The notes: generated from the sequence alone by a model not told the origin. Shown: positions 25,300-39,216, numbered from the whole stretch's first letter. The stretch: 62,969 nucleotides of DNA, filler included, from Octopus bimaculoides (GCF_001194135.2; 6 parts of 6 records of this genome joined end to end with filler, not necessarily neighbours in it); one strand, 5' to 3'. Numbers and translations are program-made.

Positions 25300-25482
25300 C
25301 ATCGAGGAATTCTCTCCAAAATTGAATGTTTGAAGGTAAAGCGGAAAATTCGCGTTTTTTATTCCAAATGTGACTCATCTCTACAAATGTTCAGAACTAC
25401 ATTTCATCAAACAATTCTCTCCAAAATTGAATGTTTGAAAGAAAAGCTGAGACAGTATATTTTGTATTCTAAATATAACTCA
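25298..25482 (+). repeat. Two extra tandem copies of the Penelope ORF terminus and 3' tail (pLTR-like)
   Basis: ttctctccaaaattgaatgtttga (FSPKLNV*) recurs at about 25310 and 25414. The second copy is followed by the same gagacagta.attttgtattctaaatataactca tail as at 25020-25052. Confidence 0.75.
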
Positions 25483-26255
25483 GAGGAGAAAACGAAAGAA
25501 AGACGAAAAAAAGAAGAGGAGAAAAAGCGAAAGAGAGAAAGAAAGCAAAAAGACTTTCAGTGATCACTACACCACACCTTTTTTTTTTAAAGAGGTCACN
25601 NNNNNNNNNNNNNNNNNNNNNNNNNNNNNNNNNNNNNNNNNNNNNNNNNNNNNNNNNNNNNNNNNNNNNNNNNNNNNNNNNNNNNNNNNNNNNNNNNNNN
25701 NNNNNNNNNNNNNNNNNNNNNNNNNNNNNNNNNNNNNNNNNNNNNNNNNNNNNNNNNNNNNNNNNNNNNNNNNNNNNNNNNNNNNNNNNNNNNNNNNNNN
25801 NNNNNNNNNNNNNNNNNNNNNNNNNNNNNNNNNNNNNNNNNNNNNNNNNNNNNNNNNNNNNNNNNNNNNNNNNNNNNNNNNNNNNNNNNNNNNNNNNNNN
25901 NNNNNNNNNNNNNNNNNNNNNNNNNNNNNNNNNNNNNNNNNNNNNNNNNNNNNNNNNNNNNNNNNNNNNNNNNNNNNNNNNNNNNNNNNNNNNNNNNNNN
26001 NNNNNNNNNNNNNNNNNNNNNNNNNNNNNNNNNNNNNNNNNNNNNNNNNNNNNNNNNNNNNNNNNNNNNNNNNNNNNNNNNNNNNNNNNNNNNNNNNNNN
26101 NNNNNNNNNNNNNNNNNNNNNNNNNNNNNNNNNNNNNNNNNNNNNNNNNNNNNNNNNNNNNNNNNNNNNNNNNNNNNNNNNNNNNNNNNNNNNNNNNNNN
26201 NNNNNNNNNNNNNNNNNNNNNNNNNNNNNNNNNNNNNNNNNNNNNNNNNNNNNNN

Positions 26256-26289
<34 letters not shown>

Positions 26290-26799
26290 GGTATGGGTTG
26301 CTTTCTCCACCTGCTTCACAAAAAAACTATATCTCCTTTTCTGTGTATGGCTAATGAACGAATGTCACCCTGCACAGGTTTGTCTGTGTGATTAAGAATG
26401 TCGCTATGCAACCGGTTTAACTGGGTTTGCACTTGTTATACTTACCAATAATTTGGCATGGAATTTTAAAGGTAGAATACGTTGCATATTTCTGAAACCC
26501 GTCAAATATAGTTTTGGTGGGAGGGGCAGGGGGGAGCAGGTTAAGTTGTAAGTAAGCCTATGTGCGTGTATGTGTATGACCATATGTTTTACATTTATGT
26601 AATATATGATCAACTGATGGTGATGTGTTTATGTCTCTGTAACTTTAGCGGTTCGGCAAAGGAACCGATAGAATAGTGCTAGTCTTACAAAGAGTAAGTC
26701 TTGGGGTTGGTTTCTTTGGCTAAAACCCTTTAAGGTGGTACTCCAGCATGGCCGCGGTCAAATGACTGGATAAAAGAATAATATATATATATAGGTATG

Positions 26800-26848
<49 letters not shown>

Positions 26849-27094
26849 TGGGGCTGTATGTAGGTGTGTATGTATTTGTGTATCTGCACTACCATTTGAC
26901 AACGGGCGTTGATCATCTCCGTAACTTAGCAGTAAGTATGATTGATGGATGGAATAATTACCTTGCTTCATGGAACTCTTTAAGTCGGTGTTCCAACATG
27001 AATGTCCAGGATATATGCATGAATGTATCTGCATGTATGTGCATATCTATAAATATATATATATATTTATATATAAGGACATATATATGTATGC

Positions 27095-27126
<32 letters not shown>

Positions 27127-27173
27127 GTATATATATATATATGTACATGAATGTGTGTGCACGTATGTGCATG

Positions 27174-27216
<43 letters not shown>

Positions 27217-28013
27217 NNNNNNNNNNNNNNNNNNNNNNNNNNNNNNNNNNNNNNNNNNNNNNNNNNNNNNNNNNNNNNNNNNNNNNNNNNNNNNNNNNNN
27301 NNNNNNNNNNNNNNNNNNNNNNNNNNNNNNNNNNNNNNNNNNNNNNNNNNNNNNNNNNNNNNNNNNNNNNNNNNNNNNNNNNNNNNNNNNNNNNNNNNNN
27401 NNNNNNNNNNNNNNNNNNNNNNNNNNNNNNNNNNNNNNNNNNNNNNNNNNNNNNNNNNNNNNNNNNNNNNNNNNNNNNNNNNNNNNNNNNNNNNNNNNNN
27501 NNNNNNNNNNNNNNNNNNNNNNNNNNNNNNNNNNNNNNNNNNNNNNNNNNNNNNNNNNNNNNNNNNNNNNNNNNNNNNNNNNNNNNNNNNNNNNNNNNNN
27601 NNNNNNNNNNNNNNNNNNNNNNNNNNNNNNNNNNNNNNNNNNNNNNNNNNNNNNNNNNNNNNNNNNNNNNNNNNNNNNNNNNNNNNNNNNNNNNNNNNNN
27701 NNNNNNNNNNNNNNNNNNNNNNNNNNNNNNNNNNNNNNNNNNNNNNNNNNNNNNNNNNNNNNNNNNNNNNNNNNNNNNNNNNNNNNNNNNNNNNNNNNNN
27801 NNNNNNNNNNNNNNNNNNNNNNNNNNNNNNNNNNNNNNNNNNNNNNNNNNNNNNNNNNNNNNNNNNNNNNNNNNNNNNNNNNNNNNNNNNNNNNNNNNNN
27901 NNNNNNNNNNNNNNNNNNNNNNNNNNNNNNNNNNNNNNNNNNNNNNNNNNNNNNNNNNNNNNNNNNNNNNNNNNNNNNNNNNNNNNNNNNNNNNNNNNNN
28001 NNNNNNNNNNNNN

Positions 28014-28066
<53 letters not shown>

Positions 28067-28321
28067 GTATGTATATATGCATGTAATGTATGTGTGTATA
28101 TATATACATATGTATATGAATATGCATGTATATATATATGTGTGTATACATATATATACATATATATATACGCATATTGTACGTATATATATATATGCAT
28201 ATACATATATATACTGTGTATATATCTATATATATATATATATATATATATACATACATATATATGTATGTATATGTATATGTATATATATATAAACATA
28301 TATACATATATATGTATGCAA

Positions 28322-28361
<40 letters not shown>

Positions 28362-28395
28362 NNNNNNNNNNNNNNNNNNNNNNNNNNNNNATATA

Positions 28396-28453
<58 letters not shown>

Positions 28454-28558
28454 CGTGTGTAGGAAAACAGAAAATGGAGTTACAATAAATGGATAACAAT
28501 TGATTTACATCAATTATCATTTATTAATTAATTACAAGAAGACAAAATCTCAACTTAC

Positions 28559-28621
28559 ATCTGTTGCCGTTAGCATGATTCTCATTTCTAACCGCCACAA
28601 TAATAGTAATGCTAGTTATCG
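28559..28621 (-). CDS. Candidate 63-bp symmetric (phase 1-1) exon of an unidentified gene (xITSITIIVAVRNENHANGNR)
   Basis: Acceptor ctaattacctttcag, consensus donor GAT|gtaagt, length divisible by 3 and a single open frame. A hydrophobic stretch is followed by a polar stalk-like segment. I recognise no homology. Confidence 0.45.
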
Positions 28622-29059
28622 CTGAAAGGTAATTAGTTATATGAATCTGAATCGCGAAACATCATCAGAGCGGAAAAGTAAATAAAATATAAGTAAAAAG
28701 AAAAAGAAAGAAGGAGACAGTGGGAACGGTGATAATCAATTTGTGCTACATGCTGACCCACTGTGAAATTTTCGACCCACTGGTATTTAGAAATAGAATA
28801 AAGGGTCGGTATAACCTCTAACTCAACTCGCCTATGTTCGAAGGTTATAATGGACAGAGGTTTGTGTGTCACATAGCAAGATAGGGGCGATGGCCTCTTG
28901 GAGCTAATCAACGGCAGCATTCGTCCTATTTTCCTGGACTGCCACGTTAACTTGGCGATAACTATTAATACCCAGTACCGCTGCCGTAGTCTCCTTTAGA
29001 GAGATTTAGAAATATTAATATTTCTATGTATATGTATATATATATGCCTTTATCTATAT

Positions 29060-29456
29060 ACTCTTTTACTCTCTTACTTGTTTCAGTCTTTTGACTGTGG
29101 CCATGCTGGAGCACCGCCTTTAGTCGAGCAAATCGACCCCAGGACTTATTCTTTGTAAGCCTAGTACTTATTCTATCGGTCTCTTTTGCCGAACCGCTAA
29201 GTGACGGGGACGTAAACGCACCAGCATCGGTTGTCAAGCGATGTTGGGGGGGACAAACAGATACACACAAACACATACACACACACACATATATATACAA
29301 ATATACGACGGGCTTCTTTTCAGTTTCCGTCTACCAAATCCACTCACAAGGCTTTGGGCGGCCCGAGGCTATAGTAGAAGACACTTGCAGTGTGACTGAA
29401 CTCGGAACCATGTGGTTGGTAAGCAAGCTACTTACCACACAGCCACTCCTACGCCT
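29060..29456 (-). mobile_element. tRNA-derived SINE family B (full-length copy)
   Basis: Head ggagtggctgtgtggtaagtagcttgctt...ggttccgagttcagtc, internal (CA/TA)n, and tail ...ctccagcatggcc.cagtc...gactgaaacaagtaa. Other copies at about 3735-3872, 11562-11725(-), 16103-16478(-), 20290-20505, 26610-26780 and 32222-32395. Confidence 0.85.
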
Positions 29457-29989
29457 ATATATATATATATAAACACTACTGTTATAATGGTGGCAGCTGA
29501 TGAAGGAATTGTTCTCTATGTGGCCTGTGTGTTTTTGTACCTTGTTTATCATTTTGTTCATGTTTTTTTGCAATGTCATGTACCCAGATATGCATCTATA
29601 TATACATTTAGATGAAGGTATGCACATACATGTACATATATATTCATATACTCATATATTATTTATATGATATATATATATATATATANNNNNNNNNNNN
29701 NNNNNNNNNNNNNNNNNNNNNNNNNNNNNNNNTTAATTAATTAANNNNNNNNNNNNNNNNNNNNNNNNNNNNNNNNNNNNNNNNNNNNTGGTGGTAGTGG
29801 TGGTGGTGGTGGTTCTGGTGGTGGTGGTGGTGGTGGTGATGGTGGCGTCGGAAATATATATTGATGATAGATGTATTGATAATAGACATTGATTTTCGTG
29901 ATATATTCATGAATATGTATATTCTTAGTGGTCGTATGTATATCTATGTGTGCGTGTGTGTGTGTGTGTGCGTGCGCGCATAAGGATAG

Positions 29990-30232
29990 TCAAAGACAGA
30001 CAGGCAGGCTGAGAGAGAGGCAGGCAGACAAGCAGGCAGGCAGGCAGGCAGACAAGCAGGCAGTCAGGCAGACAAGCATGCAGGCAGCCNNNNNNNNNNG
30101 CAGGCAGGCAGACAAGCAGGCAGGCAGGCAGACAAGCATGCAGGCAGCCAGACAGACAGATAGACTGGCAGACAGACAGACAAACAGACAGACACACAGA
30201 CAGATAGATAGATAGATAGACAGACAGACAGG

Positions 30233-30294
<62 letters not shown>

Positions 30295-30295
30295 C

Positions 30296-30366
<71 letters not shown>

Positions 30367-30368
30367 GA
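29990..30368. repeat. Compound tetranucleotide microsatellite GGCA > GACA > GATA
   Basis: Gradual change of repeat unit along the array. Confidence 0.9.
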
Positions 30369-31101
30369 TGTTGAGTATTCTGGTTTATTATAAGTGATAT
30401 CATTATGATATTCTTACAACCATGGTGAAAATATTCATAGCCATGACTATCGCTTCCTTCCATTAATATAAAATATATTGAGGAGACATTAGGCTGTTAA
30501 TCAGAGAAAGTATATAAGTGTTTTCTTCCAGCCGGCGGTTTCCTTATAGAAAGAAATAAAACGACTCAGTCATTAGCTGTGTATTACACTAAGGTATTTA
30601 TCAACCTACCGACCTACCATCACTGTTCTTTGGAAATGGATGAAAGGCAGAAAGAACAGAGCCGAGGTTCGAATTCAAAATCTGCAACTAAATGGAATCA
30701 ACACCTATAATCGGCTTATTGTGTCCAACTAATGCTGCTAACAACTCGATGTCTTCTCATATCATGATAGGATATGAAGATAAGGCGGGGAGGTCTTAAT
30801 GAAGGATGATATCCATGAGGGTAGTGGTGGTGGTTGTGGTTGTGGTGGTGGTGTTGCTGGTGGTGCTGGTGGTGACGACAGTGTGAGAGATGATGATCAT
30901 GATGATCATGCTAGTAGATTGCATTGTGGTAGTGATGATGGGGATGGTGGTGGTGGTGGTGGTGGCCGTGAGAGATGGCGACCAAGTAAATGACGAAGCG
31001 TTTTCGTTTCAGTCGTCAGTTCCACAAATATGTGAATTCCTGCGTGAGTAACTGATATATACCTTATGTCAGTGTATTTTGTATATCTGTAGTGTATATA
31101 T

Positions 31102-31142
<41 letters not shown>

Positions 31143-31806
31143 NNNNNNNNNNNNNNNNNNNNNNNNNNNNNNNNNNNNNNNNNNNNNNNNNNNNNNNNNN
31201 NNNNNNNNNNNNNNNNNNNNNNNNNNNNNNNNNNNNNNNNNNNNNNNNNNNNNNNNNNNNNNNNNNNNNNNNNNNNNNNNNNNNNNNNNNNNNNNNNNNN
31301 NNNNNNNNNNNNNNNNNNNNNNNNNNNNNNNNNNNNNNNNNNNNNNNNNNNNNNNNNNNNNNNNNNNNNNNNNNNNNNNNNNNNNNNNNNNNNNNNNNNN
31401 NNNNNNNNNNNNNNNNNNNNNNNNNNNNNNNNNNNNNNNNNNNNNNNNNNNNNNNNNNNNNNNNNNNNNNNNNNNNNNNNNNNNNNNNNNNNNNNNNNNN
31501 NNNNNNNNNNNNNNNNNNNNNNNNNNNNNNNNNNNNNNNNNNNNNNNNNNNNNNNNNNNNNNNNNNNNNNNNNNNNNNNNNNNNNNNNNNNNNNNNNNNN
31601 NNNNNNNNNNNNNNNNNNNNNNNNNNNNNNNNNNNNNNNNNNNNNNNNNNNNNNNNNNNNNNNNNNNNNNNNNNNNNNNNNNNNNNNNNNNNNNNNNNNN
31701 NNNNNNNNNNNNNNNNNNNNNNNNNNNNNNNNNNNNNNNNNNNNNNNNNNNNNNNNNNNNNNNNNNNNNNNNNNNNNNNNNNNNNNNNNNNNATATATAT
31801 ATATAT

Positions 31807-31845
<39 letters not shown>

Positions 31846-32531
31846 GAGCGACGTACACATAGACACGTACACACACATACACACACACTCTCTAATATGA
31901 CAATCTATCTTCTATGAAATCTATTAGCACCATTGTGAAACAGAGATGAATTATGAAAGGATGACGATGTAATTATAGTGCGGAAATAAATATTTGACAA
32001 TATATCACACGTAGCGTCTATTGATACTTGTGTGGTGTGGTGGTTACTACATTGATGTCTTTCCATAGCTACTGTACATTGTTCTCTTATATAACATAAC
32101 ATTGAGGCAGTCAGGATGCGAAGTTCACATACACACGATTTGATGTGCTTTACTGACAACCGGAAATGGAGCACTGGTTCGTTTCCTTCCAACGGCCGTT
32201 CTATTGTGTTCCAAACGTATGGATGGCTGTGAGGATGAGTGGTTAAGACAATCGCTTTGTGATTCCTTGGTTTCGAGTTCTATCCCACCGCGTGGCACAT
32301 TGAACAGGTGTCTTCTATTATAACCCCGAACCAACCAATGCCTTGTGAGTGAACTTCGTAGAGGGAACTGTGCAGTAGACGGCCGCATTTGTGTGTATGT
32401 GTGTGTGTATGTGTGTGCCTACGTGTATGCATATAAGTAGGTAGGCATGTAGGTACGCAAGTAGGTAGGTAGGTATGTACGTACATACGTACGTACGTTT
32501 CAATCTACATATCTATCTCTCTATCTATCTA

Positions 32532-33645
32532 AGAATAGCGACACGGAAGGACAGTGTTGGCATACTTGTACGGCGTCACTCTCATGGTGTCGGACGCCTC
32601 GAAGTGGCGGCTGCATTCTAAAGAAATATGAGTCAGTTGCAGGGGCCAAAAGCAACGCCGGTAAGTCAGTGTGCTTGCGGCTGGGCACTGGAGAGGGACG
32701 CTGGAGTGACGGACTTGTTGAACTGTTTGGGTCTGGTTCGGTCCCGACCTCCAGCTAGATAAGAACTGGGGCGAGGTGACGAACATGGTGGCCAGTCTTA
32801 TCCAAAATTGGACTGAGAGGAAGTTGTCCCTGAAAGATTGGGCAGAGGTGGAGTATGCTTGCATCACCTCTAGCACCAGTTATGGCCTGACCGTCTGGTT
32901 CTACCCCGGTCTTTGCTTGATCAGGTTGAAGCGTCTCTTATTTAATTTCCTGTGGAAGGGATGTAATGTAATGGTCAAATAGTCAGTCTACTGCAAGTAA
33001 CCTCTGAGTGGCGGCTTATGCATGCCGTGACTTTTGGTACGGAGACATACGCTCAGGCTGCAACGATTTCTGAACGGTGAGCATGTATGGGCTCCGTCTG
33101 TGAGGCACGTCTTTCCGCAGCTCGTCTACTTGGTGAAACTGCAGTCCTGAGTGAAGAAAGGACCGAGGTTAGACGCCTAGAATGTCGTCAGGTTCTTACG
33201 ACCCTCTACCAGTCTGGCAATAGTATAGGTGGAAGTTCCGCTTTAGTAATATATAGAGGATTAGTGGTGGAGATGTGCGACGACTCCTCGGGGAAAATTT
33301 GGGGGCCTACGAAAACGAAATGGCTAGTCTGTTCCGGAAGACTTTCCGGTCAGAGACCACCATGGCTAATTTTCAGATGCCCTTAGCCTGGCAGTGCTAC
33401 CGAGGGTCGCTATCGGTTCGAGATGAACTTTACAGGCACGGATGTGCTGTCACACAGGCTTGTCCAAGGTACGTACAGAGCGACAAAACCGTTCTGCGCG
33501 CATTCGTTCAGTGTCCGAACATTGCTGACCTTTGAGATTATGTCGATCAGCTGCTTTCGCATGTGGAACGGATTCATCTGCCGGCCGAGTCCATACTCAA
33601 GATTACCCCACCGATTTCCTTTAATCGGGCAGGTAAGGCAGTTTC
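32532..33645 (+). mobile_element. L1/Tx1-like LINE ORF2 C-terminal remnant
   Basis: LGVWFGPDL-type segment, WTERKLSLK...LLFNFLWKG...GGLCMP, and a zinc-knuckle remnant ACPRYVQSDKTVLRAFVQC. Many stops and frameshifts. Confidence 0.8.
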
Positions 33646-34210
33646 CTTTTGTCTGATGTCGGTGACGAAATAGATTGTCTGGCGGACGAGGCTGAAAGGA
33701 ATGAAGACAGAGTCATTCCTCTTTGCAGAGCCATCATCGACTGTTTCAAGCAGTATTTCGTCCAACTTTTCGCTCTGAGTTCAAATTATACGGAGGTAGG
33801 CTTTTCCTTTCATCCTTTCGAAGACTATAAAGTATGTACCAGTCAAATACTGGGTCGATATATAATCGACTTCCCCCTTCCCTCAAAAACTGCCGACCCT
33901 ACACCAGAATTTGAAACTATCATTACTGGCTGGTAGAGACGGAAATGTGGTGCGTTTCTTCTTACGCCTTAGTCCACAAAATGACGAGTTCAACCTTATC
34001 TGCCTCTCCAAAACACATTACCACCGCCATCACTCCACTTCTATCACCATGACTGACATCAGGGCTACAGTCACCATCACAAAACACCACCGTTACAGCA
34101 ACATCCTCCAACACCACCATATCTATCACTACCTCTAACGCAACTACAACTACTACTTCTATCACAGCCATCAGTGCTATTGCAGCTATCATCAACACCA
34201 GTATCATCAC

Positions 34211-34280
<70 letters not shown>

Positions 34281-35566
34281 GTATGCCTATATATACATNN
34301 NNNNNNNNNNNNNNNNNNNNNNNNNNNNNNNNNNNNNNNNNNNNNNNNNNNNNNNNNNNNNNNNNNNNNNNNNNNNNNNNNNNNNNNNNNNNNNNNNNNN
34401 NNNNNNNNNNNNNNNNNNNNNNNNNNNNNNNNNNNNNNNNNNNNNNNNNNNNNNNNNNNNNNNNNNNNNNNNNNNNNNNNNNNNNNNNNNNNNNNNNNNN
34501 NNNNNNNNNNNNNNNNNNNNNNNNNNNNNNNNNNNNNNNNNNNNNNNNNNNNNNNNNNNNNNNNNNNNNNNNNNNNNNNNNNNNNNNNNNNNNNNNNNNN
34601 NNNNNNNNNNNNNNNNNNNNNNNNNNNNNNNNNNNNNNNNNNNNNNNNNNNNNNNNNNNNNNNNNNNNNNNNNNNNNNNNNNNNNNNNNNNNNNNNNNNN
34701 NNNNNNNNNNNNNNNNNTATTCACGTCGCTATCCTCTCCAGTTTTCGCTACCACCAACCATTACTTTACCCCCATCACCTACAGAGAAAGACACCACTAC
34801 CACCACCACCAACTACCATCATCACTACCACCACCACTACCACCACCACCACCACCACCACCACCACTACCACTACCACTACCATCATCACTACTATCAT
34901 TGAATTAATAAGAGCACCAACATCAGCAAATCAACAACTTAAAGATTGATGTTGGCTTAAGCAATAACAACAGAAGTTTTGTCACGTGACCTATTATAAT
35001 TACAGACATTAGCTATCAGTTTGTAATGAGCTACACAATTAAGTTCTCTTCTTTATCATTTACTTTGGAGAAGGTGTGGCAGTAGAGCCTCTGGCCTTCT
35101 ACGAGGTGGTGGGCAATTATAATTTTGATAACTTTCCAGGACCAACAACAAAAGAGGTGTTTTGGTGCTTATCACTAACAATTTTAATCAGTAAATATGG
35201 CTGGTTTGATCCGTTGGCTTCACTAATATTTTCATATGATTCAATCGTTAGACATTGGCCATACTGGGGCACGGCAAAATACGTATTGGCGTCCGCAGAG
35301 GGACTTGAACATCTGACTCAGTTTAGAAGCGTTATGCTTTACTGACTAAATGCATTTAAATCGATAGGGATTTTCTAAGGATGGGGTTTCTATGAGATGT
35401 GGTTCTTCTGAGATGTTCTGTAGATGTTTCTGACATTATTTTTTTTGTCATACCAAGGGTACCTACAAAAACAAGAAGTATTTTTACTTTGATATGCCAC
35501 ATCTTTTGTATTTCAATTTCCAGCAACTTATATTTACGAAGCTAGTCAAATTCCTTTATTATTATT

Positions 35567-36147
35567 ACTAGCCGGTCCCGTGAATATTTCACGGAATTAA
35601 TGGTAAAGTTATTGGGTTATTTCTGAAAACTTTAGCCAAAAAAACAGAAAACGTAACCTGAGTTGTGAGTGTATCAAAAGATAGTTGCTCATCTGCTAAT
35701 CATTGAAAAATTAAGGAAATTAGAAGACGGTCATTACTTAATGTATTTTATTTTCCACTTTATATACTTATATGCACAATTTCATAGATTTAATACACAG
35801 CACTTCCCCTCTTTCCTTCTCAGTCTTCCCTTACCCTCTTTTTCTCTCTCCTTTTTCTTTCACTCTCCACCTTTCCCTGCATCTAATCACGTGAACGCGT
35901 TACAGTCGGGCTAAGTAACGGAGGGAAATAGGTAAAAAAAAAGACATTACACATTTCACTCACCACCACCTCTCCATTCCCTCCCCAGCTTTCTCTTCCC
36001 GTTCACTTCCCAACCCTCCCTTCCATCATCACCCCTCTAACCTCCTCACCATCTCCCCCAATTCGGGCAATTTCAAACTTTAAGGGATTTTTTTTTTGTT
36101 TTTGTCTTCTTTGTTTACGATCGTAGAATCAAACGGACGTAATAGAT
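35567..36147. mobile_element. Possible Helitron/Helentron-type non-autonomous element
   Basis: Starts ACTAG with a perfect subterminal hairpin ccgtgaa-tat-ttcacgg (35578-35594) and ends ATAGAT where the adjacent Dong fragment is cut. The family assignment rests on terminal pattern only. Confidence 0.3.
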
Positions 36148-36149
36148 CA

Positions 36150-36735
36150 ATTAACAAGCAACTTCGCTTTTCCTTGTTCATTATTGTTATATCTAATCTA
36201 TTATTTTCTAGCTAGCTTCTTGTCCATTTGAATTAGAAAGTCCCACAGAATCTTACAATTCTCCGACTCCAGCACTCTTTCGACTCGATGTTCATACCAT
36301 GTGTCTCCAACTTCAAATCCCCATTTCTGACAAAACTTTCAGTGTAAAACTTTTACAATTCGGTCATTCCTTCATTTCTTATATTCTTGTTGTGCCAACT
36401 TGGGTCATTCTACAACAACCTGTGCTGCTGTCTTGTCCCACGTTCCACAGACTCTGCATTTTCTGACACATTCTCCCCATATACACTTTTCCTCAAGTTG
36501 TTTGTTTTTATCGCTTGATCCTGGACTGCTGCAATTAGGCCCTCTGTTTCTTTTTTTAATTGCCTTGTCTTTTTTTTTTAATCAGGCCCAGTGACTGTCT
36601 AAAATTGACCATGCAGAGGTTTCTCTTCAATCTGTCTCTTCATTCTTGTCCTTTTCTTCTACTACACACTTGATCCCCTGTTCCTTATTCCGTATCTTAA
36701 GTACTTTCTCCGTGCTGTTCTGTGAATATTTTAAC
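36150..36735 (-). mobile_element. R4/Dong LINE fragment (HGQ, zinc knuckle, start of REL)
   Basis: Minus translation EEKPLHGQF...KETEGLIAAVQDQAIKTN...CRVCG...PKLAQQEYKK..ND...ENCKILWDFLIQ...LLIDL. Not in the ORF track because of stops. Confidence 0.8.
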
Positions 36736-36738
36736 ATT

Positions 36739-36780
<42 letters not shown>

Positions 36781-37437
36781 TGGATTGCTAATTAGTAATC
36801 ATATATAGTTACTCAATATGAGGTTTGAAACTTTCTAATGTTAAAAAAGGAAGTATTTTTTTCTAAAGAAACCAAAGGAAAAGTCAATATTTGCTAAAAG
36901 ATGTAAAAAAAAAATATAACAAGAAATAAAGAATTAATATCAGATATATAATAACTATAATGCATAACGTTGTAACTACCATGTCTTTGAGTTCTGGAAT
37001 TATTTCAGCATTGCCAAAAACAGAATGGAAAGTTGTTGGTGAAACGTTGAACGAAAATAGGAAATTAACGGGTGGTATTACCATTTCAAAATATCTGGCT
37101 ATATTTGTGTGTTGGCGAAATAAATTAACGGATAAGAGTGGCGGTTCTTGGTAATGATAGTTTAGCCAAAGAAGTTACGTGCGAGACATGTTAGTTTTGT
37201 TCTTCTCTGCGTATGTGCATGATTATGTGCGTGTGTTTGTGTGTATGTGTCTTTGTGTGTGTGTGTGTTTCTTTGTGTGTGTATCGTATTTTCATATCTA
37301 AGAACAGAGGGAAAAATTGTTATATATTTTATATACCATTAAGTGTAATATATTTACATTCTATATCCTTGTTGGTTGTATGTAAATGTGTCTATGAGTG
37401 TTTGTGTGTGGTTATATATGTGCATGCGTATGTATAT

Positions 37438-37478
<41 letters not shown>

Positions 37479-37511
37479 NNNNNNNNNNGTTCATTAATGT
37501 AAATATGAATT

Positions 37512-37551
<40 letters not shown>

Positions 37552-38208
37552 TATATAGGGAGAATTCACAAAAAACAACAGACGTGTATGGTATGTGCGT
37601 GTATAATATGTAGTCATGTTATATATATGTGTGTATGTGCATATATATAATATATATATATAAATATCTATATATGTGTGTGTATGAGTCTCTGTGACTT
37701 TATGTGTGCGTGTGTGTGTGTGTGTGCACATATGCTTTTATATATTCACAAGTGTGGCTTTACTTCATAATGGGCAATAAAAGTGTGCGTGTGAACATGG
37801 ACATATGTATGTTTATGATGTCAATATTGTCTCCTTCAACATCACAAAAACGCAGACAAATACTAAGGAAACAATCTTATACCTTAAGTTATAATTGAAT
37901 ATATACTTATTTAATGTAAACACACAAGCGTAGTTACATACAGATATGTACATACATACATACATACATACATACATACATNNNNNNNNNNNNNNNNNNN
38001 NNNNNNNNNNNNNNNNNNNNNNNNNNNNNNNNNNNNNNNNNNNNNNNNNNNNNNNNNNNNNNNNNNNNNNNNNNNNNNNNNNNNNNNNNNNNNNNNNNNN
38101 NNNNNNNNNNNNNNNNNNNNNNNNNNNNNNNNNNNNNNNNNNNNNNNNNNNNNNNNNNNNNNNNNNNNNNNNNCTCACGCACGCGTATATTTATGTGTGA
38201 CTGTGCAT

Positions 38209-38244
<36 letters not shown>

Positions 38245-38245
38245 G

Positions 38246-38276
<31 letters not shown>

Positions 38277-38908
38277 GTATATGTGTGGGTATGTATGTAT
38301 TTATATATACATACATACATGCATGCATACATCCATATATGACGAAAAGAATAAAATTCTTTGTCTGCGCAAAACACAAAATAATATTCTATTTTGCTAG
38401 ACTTATTAACCATTCATTAAAGCCGTCCATTTTGTCGTCCAATGCTATACTTTAAGAAATAAGTCAGTAGATACCATGTAAACCTGTAATTCTAAAAATG
38501 GTATTTCTTCCAAAATATCGTGCCGCATTTCATTTTTTCTTTTTACGGTCGAACTATCTCCTCACTGGGGTGAATAAATTTGTACAGGAGTGTTCGTAAA
38601 AGAGGCCCATCAAGTTCGGTAATAGTGGGAAATTGAATAATCTAACGTTTCAGACTTCTATCTTTCATCATATGTGTGATCATGGGTGCACGACTTATGT
38701 CTAGTGGAAACCCTAGAGATCATAATAACCAGAAAAAAAAAACATAATAGACATTCCGGGGTTATTACATCGTGTAAACATACAAACAAGATATCGGTCC
38801 TGGAATTCGAAAAAAACATTTTGAAACTGAAAAATACTAACCACAATTAGAATACTAACGACAATTAGAAATAGTACATTTCTAAATCTCTCAGAGAGAT
38901 TTATGCAG

Positions 38909-39216
38909 TAGTGATACGTTGAAGTAGTAATAAGCTGTCAACTAACTTAATGTGACAGTCCCATGAAGGGAATAATACTACTGCTGTTTAGACCTAGGAA
39001 GCTGCACCGCTTCCTGTCGGCCTTGACACATTTCCTGTGTCAAGGTCGACATAAGGACACAGGAAATGTGTCAAGGCCGACATAAGGACACAGGAAATAT
39101 GTCAAGGGCGATAGGAAGCGGTGCAACTTCCTAGGTCTAAACAACAGTAGTAGTATTCCCTTCATGGGACTGTCACATTAAGTTGGCAGCATACAACTAC
39201 TTCGAAATAACCACTA
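38909..39216. mobile_element. Foldback (palindromic) element, about 308 bp, with a central 31-bp tandem duplication
   Basis: Long near-perfect inverted arms (e.g. aacttaatgtgacagtcccatgaagggaata / tattcccttcatgggactgtcacattaagtt). Tandem units at 39042-39072 and 39073-39103. Confidence 0.85.

Noticed and set aside
29490-29540. gctgatgaagg as a hammerhead core
   Set aside because: No downstream GAAA or stem II; at most a truncated remnant.
35076-35345. Non-repetitive, higher-GC stretch with open frames on both strands
   Set aside because: No strong acceptor/donor pair and no recognisable protein; cannot be supported.
36960-37154. Candidate plus-strand exon LPKTEWKVVGETLNENRKLT
   Set aside because: Plausible acceptor but weak donor and no recognisable homology.
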